64,000 bases of DNA from Euglena gracilis (lineage: Eukaryota). Position 1 is the stretch's first letter. Each line of letters opens with the position of its first letter. The notes beneath the pieces are model-generated. The model did no database searches and had not been told where the DNA came from. It saw only the letters and a list, made by a program, of their open reading frames with translations. The translations under genes and the position numbers were made by a program. Shown here piece after piece: positions 60,601-64,000 of the stretch. The stretch spans positions 47,843,847-47,907,846 of the forward strand of contig CP154954.1 in the NCBI GenBank assembly GCA_039621445.1, read 5' to 3'.

Positions 60601-63600
60601 TCAAAAACACGTAGGATAGTGGTGGATGACTTTCTGCCAACCATTCCACCAGAAAATCTGAGCTCGGAGTCAGAAAAGAGCAACCAAAAATGAAGCGATG
60701 CCAAACATTTTGGGGAAACACTGCAAAAAAAAAACACTTGAAATTCCAGGCCATTTTCCATTGAACAGAAAGAAAAGGTGGCAGAATGTTGCTGCCGTCT
60801 TCTTGAAACACCAACGCGGGCTGCGGATCCTCACCTGCAGTCCGTGCGAGGTATGCAAAGCGGCCTTGTGAGGCCATCCCGTAGCCCCGGCGTGCCATGT
60901 CATTCGCAATGGCCTGAGAGGAAATGGGCGGTAGGCCCTCCATCAAGATGATACTTGCAGGACGATATCTTGGCAAACAGGTAACACACGGTGGTACCCA
61001 AGGTGGCATTAACCCCCAAAGAAAGTCACCAGTACCTTATATTTTGGGTTTCAGCTTTAGACTCTCCTCCCAACTTGTTATGACATTTTGTGTGACACAT
61101 ACTGTCCTGATAACTGTGGCCTCCCAAGAGACTCACCTACTCTTTGGAGACCTGTTTGTGGTTGCAGAAAAACTGGTGGTCGCTGGATAAAGAACACAGG
61201 AGGGCTGCCACAAGTTACTTGTTGATTTTGGTGGCACATTGTCCACCTTACAAAAGGAACACGGGATACGCACGCACACCACACACACAACACACACACA
61301 ACCCAGCCACCACGCACATGCTTGCGCAGCAGTGGTCACACACCTGGTCCAGCTCGTCCATCACCTGGCGGTGGAACGCGGACTCCGGGGGGTGTGGGGG
61401 CGTGTCGCTCCCGCTGGGGGAGAAGGGCGGCGGCGTGAGCGGCGACCACGCCCACATCCCCAGCCCGCCGCCGCAGGTCCGGCCGCTGCGTCCCGCAGAC
61501 CCCGCCGGTGGGAGGAGGCCTGCGGGAGGGGGATGGAGGCCTTGCCCGACACCGATGGAGGTATGGAACTTTTCAGGCATTGGGGTGAGCATGTGGCCGT
61601 GTTGATACGGTACATTTCTGGTTGAGCTCGCCCCGGATAAATGGCTGAGTGGGGGTGTGCCCGGGACCAGTTGGTTAACGCCGGCACAGCTGCATGGCCA
61701 CGAACGTGCTGGTTTTTCAAAAGAAAAACTCATAGCACCCAGTCATAACAGTCCCGGACCACAACACCAAAAACACGAGACGGAAATATGCCACGCGCAA
61801 AGATGACTTGCGCTTTTTTTGGACATAAGGTGAACGGTGTACGACATATTTGGCAGCGAATGACGACGACGTGTCTGAGAATTAATGGGGTTCGTAGCTC
61901 GGGGAGAGGGAAAATGCGATTGGAACGACGGGCAGACACGGGGAAAGGTGATGATACAGGTGAAATGGATAAAAGCTGTGCTTCAAAGACCGTCAGAAGC
62001 CACTTCAGGTCCCCGCCAAAACAATCTGCCTTCCGCCTGCCCCATTCTTCGGAGTGAGTTGCAAACTTGGGCCCGATGTTGCCATCAGTCTCCGGAATTT
62101 CAGGGTCACAAAATTTCCTGTGAAGAAAATAAAAACGCCCACAAAACTGGCTAATTCCCCTGCGCGTGGTGGACTTCAGATGTCACTGGGAAGAGGCCGC
62201 GATATATTATCATTTGTGTGGCGATGATCTGTGCAACAACGGTGTCGGCCTCCTTGTAACTCGTCCTCCACCGGCTGGAGGAGTGGGCCGGCAGACTTGG
62301 ACTTCATAGCAGCTGGGGGGCAGGGAGCAGGGGCAGTGGCAGCCGTTAAGAAAAGAAACTTTTTGTTTGGACATGTGTGCGTATGAGTGTGAGAGCATCC
62401 CCCCCCAGGAAACTGTCACCTGTCAGGTACTTAGATGCTTGATGACCTGACAGAGGTATGTGGCAGGCCCCTATAGTGACAGTATCCCAGGGTCCAGATC
62501 AGAGGGAAAAAGGTGGCACTTTCGACCCCCCATTTACCAACAGTCCAGAAAAAAACCGCTTTTCACATTTTGGTTTGGGCATAAAATCTAATTATTTTTC
62601 ACCTTCGAAAAAAATCCATTTTCCGGGAGAAAACGTCAAATTTTCCATTTTCCTATGTGACAGGTCAGCGGGTACTATGGAGTTCAGGTGACAGTTTCCC
62701 AGGGGAGGGGGGCATCAGGCAAACCCCCATTTTCCTCCCGCCCCCATCCTGGCCAGCTGGTTGAAGAAGAACGCCGCCTGGTCGGCCTCCCCGACCACAA
62801 ACACCTCCGCCTTCACCTTGAACTGCTGGCCCGCAGGCCGCCGTCCGGCACGGCCGCCGACACGCCCCGGGACACTCCCGGGGATTCCGGGCCGAGCCAC
62901 GCCACACAGCGCCGCGGGACGCCGGCCTGGCCCCAGCCACTCCTTCACGACGCTCTCCTTGATCTGGCTCTGCAGCACCCGCTCCACCACGGCGCTGGTC
63001 CCGCCGGCAGGGCGGCCCCCGGCGACCCAGCCGAGCCCCGAGGACGCCGAAAAGCCCCAGCGTTTGTTTCAAATGAAAAAAAGAAGTGAATGAATTTATG
63101 CGTATGAATACGAATGATGAAAAATGAGCACAGGAGGGTTTTCCGGCCCTAAATAAACACTCTGCAGACTGGCCAAACCACAAGAAAATCGCCTTCTGAC
63201 GGGGGGGGATAAAGAAAGGTGTGCCAAGCATTTTTTTGCAGAACCAAAAAGCTCAATTAACACCTCGCCCAACACATCCCCCCCGAAATTGCCAAACCCA
63301 GGTTGTGTTGGGTTTGAGCCTGATAAGGTGTCAGGATCCCCAGACTTTTTGAGCCTGTGGCCCTGGAGATTGTCGGCAGCCAACATTGGGAATCAGCCAC
63401 AGGCAACCAGGAAGCACAACAAAGAAAAAAAATAGACTTTGATATAGGCGGTGGGTGGTGAAAAGGGGGTGGCCGGCAGGCAGAAAAAAGGTCCGGCGAC
63501 AGGGGTGGATCTCCCAGATTCACTTTTTCTTGGTGAGCCCCCGGGGCTGGCACCTTTTTTTACCCGCCCATTTTGTTTGAGAACCCAGTCAAACACGAAC

Positions 63601-64000
63601 CCCCTCCCCCGGGGGTCCACCAACACCAACCCATCCATCAAAACCAACCCAAAATCAGCCCTGAATTTTTCCCTCGACTCACAGGTGGGGGGGGGGGTCC
63701 AGCGGCTGAACCTACCCACCAGTCTCAAAAATCACCGGGGGGGGGGAGGGGTTGAACTGGTGTTAAACGGTTCGACCCCTCTGAGTTGAATGAATCTCTA
63801 ATCGAGGACCCCGCAGCGTTGTGGCAGACGGTGAGGGGCATCGCCCCGGGCGCCGTTGTCACAGCCGTCGCAGCCGCACAGCCGGCCCGCCCGCGCCACG
63901 CAGTCCAGGCAGCCCGCCGCCGCATACCCCCGGGCCTCGGCGTAGGCCGCCATCGCGTCCATGTCGACGCGGTCGATGATGGCCAGCATCGCCGCCCCCG
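54680..64000 (-). CDS. Series of unassigned exons (separate gene or N-terminal part of the EF/C2/metacaspase gene); runs off the right edge
   Basis: Coding-like blocks: 63900-64000 (AMLAIIDRVDMDAMAAYAEARGY), 62750-63000 (VVERVLQSQIKESVVKEWL..FKVKAEVFVVGEADQAAFFFNQLA), ~62210-62310, 61345-61500 (..ESAFHRQVMDELDQ|GT), 60830-60965 (ASIILMEGLPPISSQAIANDMARRGY), 58650-58790, 57355-57540, 55600-55730, 54680-55010 (Pro/Ala-rich). Confidence 0.5.
55865..57325. mobile_element. Composite foldback-like element, copy 1
   Basis: Left arm (TCACGGGAGG...GGCCGCGG units...CCTCCCATGACTGTCCGAGCA) and inverted right arm (TGCTCGGACGGTCATGGGAGG...CCTCCCGTGA) enclose a core with CCCCTACAGGGTACCAGCTACCCC..AGAGTCGCCCAACT modules. 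Confidence 0.75.
59003..60500. mobile_element. Composite foldback-like element, copy 2
   Basis: Same arm-core-arm order as 55865-57325, with longer GGCCGCGGCC arrays. Core 59690-59990 is nearly identical to 56495-56780. Confidence 0.75.

Overview
Eukaryotic nuclear DNA, very likely a euglenid (Euglena-like). It has short GC-rich exons, long microsatellite- and MITE-filled introns, and a mix of GT-AG introns with 'nonconventional' non-GT-AG introns closed by a terminal stem (+4..+6 CAG pairing with -8..-6 CTG). All genes I could assemble by hand are on the minus strand: two hypothetical genes, GAR1 with Gly-Lys instead of Gly-Arg tails, a complete 11-exon GH18 chitinase-like gene, a receptor-type class III adenylate cyclase (TM-sensor-TM-HAMP-cyclase), and an EF-hand/C2/metacaspase gene whose catalytic Cys position reads Gly. 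Further unassigned exons run to the right edge. The most striking observation is that the window carries hAT-like MITEs (CAG...CTG termini, 8-bp TSDs) whose geometry matches the nonconventional intron rule (3 nt + element + 5 nt = element plus one 8-bp TSD). One MITE (3065-3508) appears to be such an intron, joining two ORFs in frame. All gene models are manual reconstructions without transcript data, and homopolymer errors are likely.
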